Source of the DNA: Candidatus Multivoradales bacterium
Lineage (GTDB): Bacteria > Acidobacteriota > Thermoanaerobaculia > Multivoradales > JAHEKO01
Reading direction: 5' to 3'
Length of the DNA: 64,000 nucleotides
NCBI GenBank assembly: GCA_965223155.1
Contig: CBDCVR010000013.1
Span: 544,001-608,000, forward strand
Part shown: positions 1 through 10,912 of the stretch, in pieces
Layout of the letters: the number at the start of each line of letters is the position of its first letter
Position numbering within the stretch: position 1 is the stretch's first letter
The notes under the pieces: generated by a model
Database searches by the model: none
What the model was told of the DNA's origin: nothing
What the model saw: the letters and a program-made list of their open reading frames with translations, nothing else
Made by a program: the position numbers and the translations under genes

Positions 1-675
1 GAACTTTGCGATCGACTCGATCTCGTCCCCGAAGTACTCGACTCGGGTGCCGACCTCTTCGTAGGCTGGGAAGATCTCGAGCGCGTCGCCCCGAACCCGG
101 AAGCTGCCCGGGAAGAGATCCATCGGCGTGCGCTCGTACTGCATCTCGACCAGGCGGCGGAGCGCCGCCTCCATCCCTTCTTCCGAGCCCTGTTCGAAGA
201 ACTGGAGCATGCCGTAGAACGCCTCGGGCGAGCCCAGGCCGTAGATGCAGGACACCGAGGCCACGATCAGCACGTCCCGCCGCTCGAAGAGCACCTTGGT
301 GGCGCGTAGCCGCAGCCGGTCGATCTGCTCGTTGATGCTGGTCTCCTTCTCGATATAGGTATCGGTCTGCGGGACGTACGCCTCGGGCTGGTAGTAGTCG
401 TAGTACGAGACGAAGTACTCGACCGCATTCTCGGGAAAGAAGCTCCGGAACTCCTGGTAGAGCTGGGCGGCCAGGGTCTTGTTGTGCGACAGCACCAGGG
501 TCGGGCGGTTGAGCCGCTCGATGAGCTTGGCGACGGTAAAGGTCTTGCCCGAACCGGTGACGCCCAGGAGCACCTGATCGCGCCGGCCGGCCTCGAAGCC
601 GGCGGTCAGCTCCTGGATCGCCGACACCTGATCGCCTTGCGGCGAAAACGGCGAAACGACCTTAAAGGGAGGCAT
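1..675 (-). CDS. uvrB: Excinuclease ABC subunit B, 5' part (runs off the left edge)
   Basis: Not in the ORF track. My minus-strand translation from ATG at 675 gives [16 protein letters not shown]...[12 protein letters not shown]...[11 protein letters not shown]...[18 protein letters not shown], the UvrB Walker A and beta-hairpin motifs. Confidence 0.97.
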   Translation of the reverse strand, partial: MPPFKVVSPFSPQGDQVSAIQELTAGFEAGRRDQVLLGVTGSGKTFTVAKLIERLNRPTLVLSHNKTLAAQLYQEFRSFFPENAVEYFVSYYDYYQPEAYVPQTDTYIEKETSINEQIDRLRLRATKVLFERRDVLIVASVSCIYGLGSPEAFYGMLQFFEQGSEEGMEAALRRLVEMQYERTPMDLFPGSFRVRGDALEIFPAYEEVGTRVEYFGDEIESIAKF

Positions 676-1162
676 CGGGCACCGGCTCGGCGGCGGGCCC
701 CGGGGCCGCGCCCGGGCTCGCGGCCAGAGCGTCCAGGATCTCCAGCAGCTCGCCGACGTCGCTGCCATCGACCTCGGCCCCGGCTCCGGCCATAAAACGT
801 TGCAGGCGCTGGAGCGCGGCCAGGTCCACACGCCGCTCGCCGATGGCGGCCCGTGCGCCGCGAAAGGCCGCGTCCAGGCGCTCCAGCTCGGACGGCTCCA
901 GCTCGTCCTCGACTTGCTGTATCACTTGCTGCTGGTACTGCCCCATTCCCCATTCCAGCAGCCGCCAGCCGTTCAAGATGAGCGTTACGCAGGCAGCGCC
1001 AAGCAGCGCCAGGAGAACCAGGCAGCCGACGACGGCGGGCTTGCCACAGCCTGCCAGATCGGCGGGACCGGGCTCGAAGGGCTGGGCTCCGCCGAACTCT
1101 GCGCCGGTCTCGGTACTGATCTCCGCGCCGGTCTCGGGAGGCTTGGAAGCGTCCTCGGTCAC
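662..1162 (-). CDS. Hypothetical single-TM membrane protein
   Basis: 166 aa; hydrophobic segment [20 protein letters not shown] followed by an acidic helical region; stop overlaps the uvrB start. Confidence 0.7.
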   Translation of the reverse strand: MTEDASKPPETGAEISTETGAEFGGAQPFEPGPADLAGCGKPAVVGCLVLLALLGAACVTLILNGWRLLEWGMGQYQQQVIQQVEDELEPSELERLDAAFRGARAAIGERRVDLAALQRLQRFMAGAGAEVDGSDVGELLEILDALAASPGAAPGPAAEPVPDASL

Positions 1163-1273
1163 GCGCGGATCCTATCGCGAGGCTCGGTCCGTCTGCCGGC
1201 GGATCGGCGATGCGGCGGTCCCCGGAATCAACGGCGCGGCCGGCACCCGAGCCGCCCATATAATCGAGCCGTC

Positions 1274-3733
1274 GTGACGGATCGAAGCCATCGAAGCCAT
1301 CCAGGCCAGGGCAGCCGAAGCAGCAAACGGAGTAGCCAGCGCCGGCGGCTGCCGCAGACCACCAAGGGACGCTGGCTCGCCGGCGGCAGCCTGGTCCTGG
1401 CCGCGGTGATCCTTGGCGGGCTCGCAGGGGTGGCCTTTGCCTCCATGATCAAGATGCCTCAGGTGGACACGCTCGCCGACTTCACGCCCAGTCAGATCAC
1501 CAAGCTCCTGGATCGCGGCGGCGAGCCGATCGCCACCTTCGCCCGCGAGCGGCGGGTGCTGATCAAGGAGGGCGAGCTCCCGGAGCTGGTCCAGAACGCG
1601 GTACTGGCGGCCGAGGACCGGAACTTCTTCCAGCACGGCGGCGTCGACGCCGAGGGCGTGCTGCGAGCCATTCTGCTGAATCTTGCCAGCGGACCGCGCT
1701 CGTTCGGCGGCTCGACCGTCACCATGCAGCTTTCCCGGAGCCTCTTCCTGCATCCCAAGAAGCTCTGGCGCCGGAAAGTCGAGGAAGCCTTGCTGGCGGT
1801 GGAAATCGAGAAGAAGTTCAGCAAGGAGCAGATCCTGACGCTCTATTGCAACTTCATGTACCTCGGCCACGGCAACTACGGTATCCAGGCGGCGGCGCAA
1901 TCGTTCTTCGGCAAGGACGCGGCCGAGCTCGACGCCGCCGAGGCGGCCGCCCTGGTCGGCATGCTGCAGCGGCCGTCCGACTACAGCCCGTACCGCCGCC
2001 CCGACCTGGTCGTCAAGAGACGCAACTACGTCCTCCGGCGCATGCGCGAAGAGAACTTCCTGGACGAGGCGACCTACCAAGAAGCGACGGCCCAGCCACT
2101 CGAGGTCTTGCCTCCCAGCCGGGAGTACGCGCTGGCGCCGTACTTCGCCGAGGAGATCCGTAAGGCGGTCGAGGACAGTCACGGCACACAAGCCATCCTG
2201 GAACAGGGCTTGCGCATCGAGAGCACGCTTGACACAGCGATGCAGGCGGCGGCGCAACGAGCGCTCCGGGACGGTCTGCGCCGTATCGACCGGCTCAAGG
2301 GTTGGCGCGGAGCGGTTGACAGCATCGGGTTGGGCGAGGAGCCGGTGCGTCTGGAAAGCTGGTCTCCGGCCGACTACCAGCCGGGAGCCTGGAACCTGGG
2401 GGTGGTGCTGGCGGCGAGCGACCGGGAGGCGACGGTCCAGATCGGCGAGCGCGAGTACCGGATGCCGGCCTCCGAGATGCGTTGGACGCGCAAGTCCAAG
2501 CCCAGTGCCCTGTTCGACCCCGGTGACGTCGCCTGGTTCTCGATCCTTCCGCCCGACGAGTCCGAATCCGAGACCGGGCCGCGGCGGGTCGCCCTCGAGC
2601 AGGAGCCCGAGCTGGAAGGAGCGGTCCTCGTCCTGGAGTCCGCCAGCGGCGCGGTACGGGCGATGGTCGGCGGTTGGAACTTCGAGGGCAGCAAGTTCAA
2701 CCGGGCCACCCAGGCGCGGCGCCAGGTCGGCTCCGCCTTCAAGCCCTTCGTCTTCGGCGCGGCGCTCGAGTCCGGGTTCACCCCCGCCGACACCGTCTTC
2801 GACGCGCCCGTGGCCTTCCCCGGTCCCACTGGACAGGTGACCTACAGTCCGCGGAACTACTACCGGAGCTACTACGGCATCACCACGTTGCGCCGGGCTC
2901 TGGAGCTGTCGATGAACGTCACCGCGGTCAAGCTCCAGGATTTGGTCGGGGTGGAACGGGTCGTGGACTTTGCCCGCCGGGCCGGCATCGAGTCCGACCT
3001 GCCGCCGTATCCCAGCCTGGCCCTGGGCGCGGCCGACCTGTCGCCTCTGGAGCTGGCCTCGGCCTACGCCGCCATCGCCAATCAGGGCATCTGGGTGCGG
3101 CCGTACCTGGTCGAGCGAGTGGTGACCCCCGGAGGCAGGGTTCTCGAGGAACACGCCACCCAGGCGCGCAAGGCCACCGAGCCCCAGGTGGCCTACCTCT
3201 TGACCCGGATGCTCGAGGGCGTCGTGGATCGCGGCACCGCCACCGCGGTCAAGTCTCTGGACCTGGATCTGGCGGGCAAGACCGGCACCACCGACGACTA
3301 CTCGGACGCCTGGTTCGTGGGATTTACGCCCAAGTACACGATTCTGAGCTGGGTCGGCTACGACCAGAAGCGCAAGATCGGCCGCAACATGACCGGGGCC
3401 GAGGCGGCCCTGCCCATCTGGCGAGCTGTGGTCGAGGCCGGCTTGGAAGAGGGCTGGTTGACCCCCGACGATCGTTTCGTTCAGCCGCCTGGAATCACGA
3501 CCCAAGCCGTCGAGTACTACTCCGGCCTCCTGGCCGCTCCGGGCGCCGACAAGGTGCTGGACGAGGCATTTCTGGAAGGCACCGAGCCGGTCTTGCGCTT
3601 CGAGGCGGCTCTGGGCGGGGTCCACACCCTGCCCTGGTACCAGCAGCGGCCCTACTACGTGGCCAAGGCACGCGAGCGCATGCCGGAGCAGGTCGAGAGC
3701 TGGGAACCGATCCTGAGCTCCTGGTCGAACTAG
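1274..3733 (+). CDS. Class A penicillin-binding protein (PBP1A family)
   Basis: N-terminal TM; transglycosylase motifs EDRNFFQHGGVD and GGSTVTMQL; transpeptidase motifs SAFK, SMN and KTGT. GTG 1274 chosen as start because TATAAT lies at 1259-1264. Confidence 0.93.
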   Translation: MTDRSHRSHPGQGSRSSKRSSQRRRLPQTTKGRWLAGGSLVLAAVILGGLAGVAFASMIKMPQVDTLADFTPSQITKLLDRGGEPIATFARERRVLIKEGELPELVQNAVLAAEDRNFFQHGGVDAEGVLRAILLNLASGPRSFGGSTVTMQLSRSLFLHPKKLWRRKVEEALLAVEIEKKFSKEQILTLYCNFMYLGHGNYGIQAAAQSFFGKDAAELDAAEAAALVGMLQRPSDYSPYRRPDLVVKRRNYVLRRMREENFLDEATYQEATAQPLEVLPPSREYALAPYFAEEIRKAVEDSHGTQAILEQGLRIESTLDTAMQAAAQRALRDGLRRIDRLKGWRGAVDSIGLGEEPVRLESWSPADYQPGAWNLGVVLAASDREATVQIGEREYRMPASEMRWTRKSKPSALFDPGDVAWFSILPPDESESETGPRRVALEQEPELEGAVLVLESASGAVRAMVGGWNFEGSKFNRATQARRQVGSAFKPFVFGAALESGFTPADTVFDAPVAFPGPTGQVTYSPRNYYRSYYGITTLRRALELSMNVTAVKLQDLVGVERVVDFARRAGIESDLPPYPSLALGAADLSPLELASAYAAIANQGIWVRPYLVERVVTPGGRVLEEHATQARKATEPQVAYLLTRMLEGVVDRGTATAVKSLDLDLAGKTGTTDDYSDAWFVGFTPKYTILSWVGYDQKRKIGRNMTGAEAALPIWRAVVEAGLEEGWLTPDDRFVQPPGITTQAVEYYSGLLAAPGADKVLDEAFLEGTEPVLRFEAALGGVHTLPWYQQRPYYVAKARERMPEQVESWEPILSSWSN

Positions 3734-3760
3734 GGGTCAGCCGCGAGCTCGGCTCGCCCC

Positions 3761-4282
3761 TCAGCGATCCCGGTCGTCGTTCCGAACCCGATCGATCTTC
3801 TGGTCCAGGATGCTGAAGAGCGCGTCGGTCTGTCGCGCCAGGTCGGCGAGACCCTGCTTCTTGAACGCCCCCAGGGATCGGTCCAGCTTCTTGAGATCGG
3901 CGTGGATGCGCTTGAGGTCGTCGTTCAGCTCGCCCTGAACGCCGCGGATGTCGCCCGCCAACTCGCCCTGAATCCGTTGCAGGTCCTGGCCCAGGGCGTC
4001 GATCTGCTCGGCGGCGCGCAGATGGGTCAGGACCACCAAGTTGAAGGCGCGCTGACGGTCCCAGAGATCCGCCTGCGGCGCCCGCACCAGGGGCCGGAAC
4101 AGCCGCTTCAGACGGACGACGACCGCGCCCAGCCAGCCGCCGCGATGACTGGCGACCGGGAAGAGGTGATCCCCTTCCCAAAGCCAGCGCCAGTCCTCGA
4201 TGGAATCTGTCTCACCGTCCAGAAATCGACCCAGGTCCGGCTCCGCCGGACCCTTGATCGGCCGTTTCCCGGACCCGGACAT
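3761..4282 (-). CDS. Hypothetical coiled-coil protein, paralog of the N-terminal domain of the methyltransferase at 21870-23267
   Basis: GGAGG RBS; starts 9 bp after the rplI stop; shares SHRG, LVRAPQADLW[DE]RQRA[FY]NLVV and LGQDLQ[RK]IQ with that protein. Confidence 0.85.
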   Translation of the reverse strand: MSGSGKRPIKGPAEPDLGRFLDGETDSIEDWRWLWEGDHLFPVASHRGGWLGAVVVRLKRLFRPLVRAPQADLWDRQRAFNLVVLTHLRAAEQIDALGQDLQRIQGELAGDIRGVQGELNDDLKRIHADLKKLDRSLGAFKKQGLADLARQTDALFSILDQKIDRVRNDDRDR

Positions 4283-4291
4283 CGCCTCCGG

Positions 4292-4738
4292 CTACTGCTC
4301 GGGAACGACGCGGACGGTCACCTCGGCGGTGACCTCGGAGTGCAGCTCGATGCGGACGACGTGATCGCCCACGGTCTTGATGCCGCCGCTCAGGTCGATT
4401 CGCCGACGATCCACCTCGAAGCCCTGGGTCTCCAGAGCTTCGGCGACCTCGCTGGCCGTGACCGATCCGTACAAAGTCTCGCTCTCGCCGACCCGCTTCG
4501 CCACCTCAAGGGTGACGCCCGCGAGCTCGCCGGCGACCGTAGCGGCGCCGTCCCGCTCCCGTTCGTGACGCTGCTCGATCTTGCGGCGCTGCTGCTCGAA
4601 GACCTTGAGGTTCCCGGGTTTGGCCTCTAGAGCCATGCCCTTGGGAATCAGGAAGTTGCGAGCGTAACCGTCCTTGACGTCGAGCACCTCGCCGCGCTTG
4701 CCAGTGTGCCGCACGTCCCTCATCAGAATGACACGCAT
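4292..4738 (-). CDS. rplI: 50S ribosomal protein L9
   Basis: MRVIL...G..GEV..VKDGYARNFLIPKG and LYGSVT motifs. Confidence 0.98.
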   Translation of the reverse strand: MRVILMRDVRHTGKRGEVLDVKDGYARNFLIPKGMALEAKPGNLKVFEQQRRKIEQRHERERDGAATVAGELAGVTLEVAKRVGESETLYGSVTASEVAEALETQGFEVDRRRIDLSGGIKTVGDHVVRIELHSEVTAEVTVRVVPEQ

Positions 4739-4754
4739 GATCCTACGTACTCCT

Positions 4755-4994
4755 CTAGTCGGACGTGTACGGCAGCAGCGCGATGTGACGCGCCCGCTTG
4801 ATCGCCTGTTGAATGATGCGCTGGTGCTTGGCGCAGGTACCGGAGATCCGGCGCGGCAGGATCTTGGAACGATCCACGATGTACTGCTGCAGGACCTTGA
4901 CGTCCTTGTAGTCCACGGTCTGGATCTTGTCCGCGCAGAAGCGGCAGACCTTGCGCCGCTTGAAGAAGCTCTTCCGCTTTCTTCCTCGTCTCAT
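4755..4994 (-). CDS. rpsR: 30S ribosomal protein S18 (Cys-containing form)
   Basis: CRFC...DYKD...[16 protein letters not shown]...[13 protein letters not shown]. Confidence 0.98.
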   Translation of the reverse strand: MRRGRKRKSFFKRRKVCRFCADKIQTVDYKDVKVLQQYIVDRSKILPRRISGTCAKHQRIIQQAIKRARHIALLPYTSD

Positions 4995-5344
4995 GACCGG
5001 GCCTCCTCGTCCTCGGGCGCGGCCAACGGCTGCGTCTCGCCGCGGCGGCGCAGGCGCCCCTCGTCCAGACGAACGGTGAGGTAGCGCAGCACCTTGTCGT
5101 TCTGGCGGAGCCGCTGCTCCACCTCGGGGAACGGATTCGCCTCCGTCTCGATGGTGTAGAACAGGTAGCGCGCTTCGGTCAGCTTGTTGATCGGATAGGC
5201 AAGCTTCTTCTTGCCCCAGCTTTCCTCTTTGGTGACCTCGGCATCCAGACTGCCCAGGAGACCCTTGTAGCCGTCGCTCAACTCGGCGACCTCCTCGTCG
5301 GGTAGACGCGGATCGACCAGGACGGCAAGCTCATACAGACCCAT
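4991..5344 (-). CDS. rpsF: 30S ribosomal protein S6
   Basis: YEL...[12 protein letters not shown]...VLRYLTVR; stop overlaps the rpsR start. Confidence 0.97.
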   Translation of the reverse strand: MGLYELAVLVDPRLPDEEVAELSDGYKGLLGSLDAEVTKEESWGKKKLAYPINKLTEARYLFYTIETEANPFPEVEQRLRQNDKVLRYLTVRLDEGRLRRRGETQPLAAPEDEEARS

Positions 5345-5354
5345 GATTCGATAA

Positions 5355-5403
5355 CCTCCCTATGGCCTAGTTTCGGTCCCCTCTCCTTGGAGGGAACAGG
5401 GAG
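5355..5403 (-). promoter_or_regulatory. Probable S6:S18 ribosomal protein leader (autoregulatory RNA)
   Basis: On the minus strand CUCCCUGU pairs with AUAGGGAG, sequestering the SD. An unpaired CC precedes the 3' strand and an internal hairpin is present, matching the known S6:S18 leader architecture. Confidence 0.65.
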
Positions 5404-5460
5404 CCAGCCCGGGACGGGCTCGACTGGTTGGTGGGCGCTCGCAGCGCCCTGGAGCGGCGT

Positions 5461-5488
5461 ATTGTATCCCCTTTTCCCGCGGAGACAA
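5461..5488 (-). promoter_or_regulatory. Sigma70-type promoter for the rpsF operon
   Basis: TTGTCT-N16-TACAAT on the minus strand. Confidence 0.55.
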
Positions 5489-5567
5489 GCGCCCTTCGTA
5501 CTGCACTGCCGACGAAACTGCGGCGTCGGCTCAGCCACCGAACGGACGCTGAGCCACTCGCAGGTGT

Positions 5568-5843
5568 TCAGTTGGACAGCAGGCCAGGAGCCTGCCGATC
5601 GCTTGGCATCTTCTCAGGATGCCAGAAGAAGTGAGCCGCCACGTCGAACTTGTGGGCAAACCGGAGCACCAACCGACGGGGTACCATTTCCGGAAGATAC
5701 TGCACCTCGACGATAGATCCCTTGCTCAGAGTTACCTGGTGTGCATCCGGGTTGTTATCTGGAAATCCTTCTGCAACGGCGACATCGCAGCCACGGAGAA
5801 CCGCGAGAACGGTTTCTCGTGGGACGAATCCTTCTTCGGACAT
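5568..5843 (-). CDS. Small protein, possibly a divergent HicA-like toxin
   Basis: 91 aa from ATG 5843; apparent helix-3 strands-helix pattern (RETVLAVLRG...DAHQVTLSKG.IVEVQYLP..VPRRLVLRFAHKFDV) with a His at the position of HicA GSH; lower GC. Confidence 0.5.
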   Translation of the reverse strand: MSEEGFVPRETVLAVLRGCDVAVAEGFPDNNPDAHQVTLSKGSIVEVQYLPEMVPRRLVLRFAHKFDVAAHFFWHPEKMPSDRQAPGLLSN

Positions 5844-5853
5844 GCGAAGGAGT

Positions 5854-6219
5854 CTATCCGACCCTCTCCAGTGAGTGGTAGTAGTTGATCTGCCCGAATG
5901 GGAAGCCCGGAGGCATTTCAAATTCGTGAGTTGAGACGGAACTAAAGAGCTCCATCTGACCGGTCTTGAGAAGGTCCCTCCAGTAGCTTGGCGGAGGCGG
6001 TGTAAGCAACTCGTCGATGCCACCAAACCGTTTGAAGTGTTCACCAATAGTCGCCGTGAGGCCGTTCTGAAACCGCTGCTTCACGTCCTCTTTGCTGTCG
6101 CCAGCTGCGGCGTAGTCGATCTCAAGAGCTTGCGCCACCCACTGATCACCATCGGGGGCGATGATTACTTGGAGGCCCAAGAGAGTCACCACGGCCGTCT
6201 CGCTCGCCATGTCGTGCAC
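5854..6219 (-). CDS. HicB-like antitoxin-fold protein
   Basis: AAGGAG RBS before GTG 6219; VIIAPDGDQWVAQALEIDYAAAGDSKEDVKQRF matches the HicB N-terminal partial RNase H-fold pattern. Confidence 0.65.
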   Translation of the reverse strand: MHDMASETAVVTLLGLQVIIAPDGDQWVAQALEIDYAAAGDSKEDVKQRFQNGLTATIGEHFKRFGGIDELLTPPPPSYWRDLLKTGQMELFSSVSTHEFEMPPGFPFGQINYYHSLERVG

Positions 6220-6470
6220 CGCTGATCTCCTTTTTGGTTCCCTGCCGAGGGAACTGTGACCACGAGTGTAGCACCCTGCCCCTATCCGCAAGGGAAAAAT
6301 TGCCTAGCAGCCCACGGAGGAACGAGCGGGTCACACTACACAAACTCGACGATCGCCCCCTCGCTCAGCCCGACCTTCAAGCCCAAGCCGGCACCACCCG
6401 GGGTGGCCGGCGCCGCCCGCCGGGTCGAAGACTCGGCGAGCGGCTCGTCCGGACAGCCTGCCAGATCGCG

Positions 6471-8540
<2,070 letters not shown>

Positions 8541-8552
8541 GGAAGTTCCCTC

Positions 8553-9131
8553 CTAACGATTGAAGCGATTCATAGTCGTTTCGATACCGGCCTCGAGCCA
8601 GCTCTCGCAAGCGTCGGCCGCGCGTCGGGTCATCTCCTCGACCCGCTCTATCTCGTCTTCCCGGAAGGAAGACAGCACGAACTCCGACAGGTCGTCATCG
8701 TCCGATTCGGTATCCGGGGCGATGCCCAGCCTGAGCCGGGGAATGTCGTCGGTTCGCATGTTTCTGATCACGGACTCCATGCCGCGATGCCCACCGGGTC
8801 CGCCGCCACCCCGCAGACGCAGCCTGCCCAGCGGCAGGGAGATCTCGTCGTACACCACCAGCAAATTGCTGGGTTCGATGGGCATGCGTTCGGCCAGGCA
8901 TCGCAAGGAGTATCCGCTTCGATTCATGTAGGTTTGTGGCCACACCAGGACGGCGCGGTCGGTGTGGACGACCAGAGCGTTGCAGTCCAGCCTCCGCTCG
9001 CCGGCGCCAAAGCGCTCCGCCAGCACGTCCAGGACCCGGAAGCCCAGGTTGTGGCGCGTAGCCCGATACTCGGCTCCGGGGTTTCCCAGCCCGGCGATGA
9101 CGGCCGGTACGCTCGCGTCCTCTTCCGCCAA
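8553..9131 (-). CDS. pth: Peptidyl-tRNA hydrolase
   Basis: GLGNPG.EY..TRHNLGF, PQTYMNRSG, GGHRG and RLRLGI motifs. Confidence 0.97.
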   Translation of the reverse strand: MAEEDASVPAVIAGLGNPGAEYRATRHNLGFRVLDVLAERFGAGERRLDCNALVVHTDRAVLVWPQTYMNRSGYSLRCLAERMPIEPSNLLVVYDEISLPLGRLRLRGGGGPGGHRGMESVIRNMRTDDIPRLRLGIAPDTESDDDDLSEFVLSSFREDEIERVEEMTRRAADACESWLEAGIETTMNRFNR

Positions 9132-9155
9132 AGCCGGCGCTCCTCGGTCGCTCGC

Positions 9156-9836
9156 CTACTCCGTCCCCTCTTCGTCGTCCTCGGCGGTCTTGCCGATGAC
9201 CTCGGGCTCGTCGACCTCGGCCTCGAGCAAGGTCTCGGCCGACTCCAGCCCTTCCTCGAACTCGGCCACTTCCTCGGCCACGCGGCTGTGGGACACGGAA
9301 GCGATAACCCGGTCGGCCTCCACGAGAGGCTCGACACCTTCGGGCACGTCCAGGTCCTTGACCTCGAGGTGATCGCCGATCTCGAGCTCGGAAACGTCCA
9401 CCTCGATGTTCGCCGGAATCTTGGTCGGCAGGCACTCCACCTCAATCTCGCGCGTGATGAAGTCGAGCACGCCGCCGCTGTTCTTGACACCGGGCGACTC
9501 GCCCACGAGCACGAGCTGGACGGCAACGCGCACCGTCTCGGACAAGTCGATGCGCTGGAAGTCCACGTGCCGGATCTTCCGGGTGATGGGATCCACATCC
9601 AGATGCCGAACCATCGTGTGGCGGCTCTTGCCGGTGTCCCCCAGCTTCAGCAGGAACACGGCGTTCTCGCCGATCTTCAAGATTTCCTGGAGCGAGCCGC
9701 GCTCCATCTGGATCGCCACCGGATCCTTACCGCCGCCGTACACCACCGCGGGCAGCAAGCCCTCGCGGCGCAGACGCTTGCTGGCACCGGTGCCGGTGCT
9801 CTCTCGCGGATGCACTTCTAAGGTCAATTCGGCCAT
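9156..9836 (-). CDS. rplY: 50S ribosomal protein L25/Ctc
   Basis: RLRREGLLPAVVYG and HVDFQR; long form with an acidic tail; between prs and pth. Confidence 0.97.
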   Translation of the reverse strand: MAELTLEVHPRESTGTGASKRLRREGLLPAVVYGGGKDPVAIQMERGSLQEILKIGENAVFLLKLGDTGKSRHTMVRHLDVDPITRKIRHVDFQRIDLSETVRVAVQLVLVGESPGVKNSGGVLDFITREIEVECLPTKIPANIEVDVSELEIGDHLEVKDLDVPEGVEPLVEADRVIASVSHSRVAEEVAEFEEGLESAETLLEAEVDEPEVIGKTAEDDEEGTE

Positions 9837-9855
9837 GGGAACTCCTCTCGGTGGC

Positions 9856-10797
9856 TCAGACGAACAGCGAGCTCACCGAACTGTTGGTATGAATGCGCAT
9901 GATTGCCTCCGCCAGCAGCTCGGACACCGAGAAGGGCCGCAGCTTCGGGCAGAGAGCCAGTTTTTCGTCCAGGGGGGTCGAGTCGGTGATCAGGATCTCC
10001 TCGACCGGCGCCGCCATCAGATTGTCGATGGCCGGCCCGGACAGGAGGGCGTGGACGCCGGCGGCGAAGATCCGGTCCGCGCCCTTCTCGGAGAGCGCCG
10101 CCACCGTCTTGCAAAGGGTGCCGGCGGTGTCGATGATGTCGTCCAGGATGACCACGGTCTGCCCTTCCACCTCGCCGATGACGTGCATGATCTCGGCCTC
10201 GTTGGCCGCCACTCGCCGCTTGTCGACGATGGCCAGGCCGGCATGGAGGCGCTTGGCGATCGCTCGCGCCCGCTCCACGCCGCCGGCATCGGGCGAGACG
10301 ATGGTGAGCTCCTCGACGTCCAGGGCTCGGATCGCCTCGAGCATCACCGGCGCCGCAAACAGATGGTCCACGGGCACGTCGAAGAAGCCTTGGATCTGGG
10401 CGGCGTGCAGGTCCAGGGTCAGGATTCGGTCGGCGCCGGCACGGGAGATGAGGTCGGCCACCAGCTTGGCGGTGATCGGAACCCGCGGCTTGTCCTTCTT
10501 GTCCTGGCGGGCGTACCCGTAGTAGGGCAGTACGGCCGTGATCCTGAAGGCCGACGCCCGCTTCAGGGCGTCGATCATGACCAGCAACTCCATCAGGTTG
10601 GCGTTCACCGGCTTGCAGGTCGGCTGGATCACGAAGATGTCGCAACCGCGAACGTTCTCCTGGATCTGGCAGAAGACCTCGCCGTCCGCGAAGTTGTAGA
10701 TCTCGGCCTGCCCAAGCGGCCGATCCAAGCCGTCGGCAATTCTCTCCGAGAGTTGCCGGTGGGCGCGGCCGCTGAAGACCTTCAAGTCACCGTACAT
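9856..10797 (-). CDS. prs: Ribose-phosphate pyrophosphokinase
   Basis: FADGE, PYYGYARQDKK, DLHAAQIQGFFD, SPDAGG and DDIIDTAGT motifs; start moved to ATG 10797 to avoid the tRNA. Confidence 0.97.
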   Translation of the reverse strand: MYGDLKVFSGRAHRQLSERIADGLDRPLGQAEIYNFADGEVFCQIQENVRGCDIFVIQPTCKPVNANLMELLVMIDALKRASAFRITAVLPYYGYARQDKKDKPRVPITAKLVADLISRAGADRILTLDLHAAQIQGFFDVPVDHLFAAPVMLEAIRALDVEELTIVSPDAGGVERARAIAKRLHAGLAIVDKRRVAANEAEIMHVIGEVEGQTVVILDDIIDTAGTLCKTVAALSEKGADRIFAAGVHALLSGPAIDNLMAAPVEEILITDSTPLDEKLALCPKLRPFSVSELLAEAIMRIHTNSSVSSLFV

Positions 10798-10814
10798 CGA
10801 TTGGTTTCCGTTCA

Positions 10815-10891
10815 TGGCTGGGGCGGAAGGATTCGAACCTTCGAATGCCGGCTCCAAAGGCCGGTGCCTTAGACCGCTTGGCGACGCCCCA
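10815..10891 (-). tRNA. tRNA-Gln (TTG)
   Basis: TGGGGCG...anticodon arm CCGGC-CTTTGGA-GCCGG, T arm GAAGG-TTCGAAT-CCTTC, encoded CCA end. Confidence 0.97.
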
Positions 10892-10912
10892 TCAGGTTCT
10901 GGAACTCGGCTT

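Noticed and set aside
1100-1136. Short repeats GCGCCGGTCTCGG x2 (and ATCGAAGCC x2 at 1281-1298)
   Set aside because: In-frame low-complexity duplications in disordered N-termini; not an array.
800-1273. Long N-terminal extensions in the ORF track (PBP1A; also mutS, prs, 40282 and 62092-63939)
   Set aside because: They overlap other real genes or the tRNA; downstream starts have RBS, promoter or coupling support.
1172-3625. 817-aa minus-strand ORF (also 6234-8165, 18978-20708, 21597-24113 and 57818-59530)
   Set aside because: Antisense shadows of clearly identified genes.
5529-6370. 8-bp direct repeat GCTCAGCC (5529-5536, 6363-6370) flanking the lower-GC cassette as a target-site duplication
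   Set aside because: Short and GC-rich, so easily chance; no transposase, terminal inverted repeats or attC core seen.
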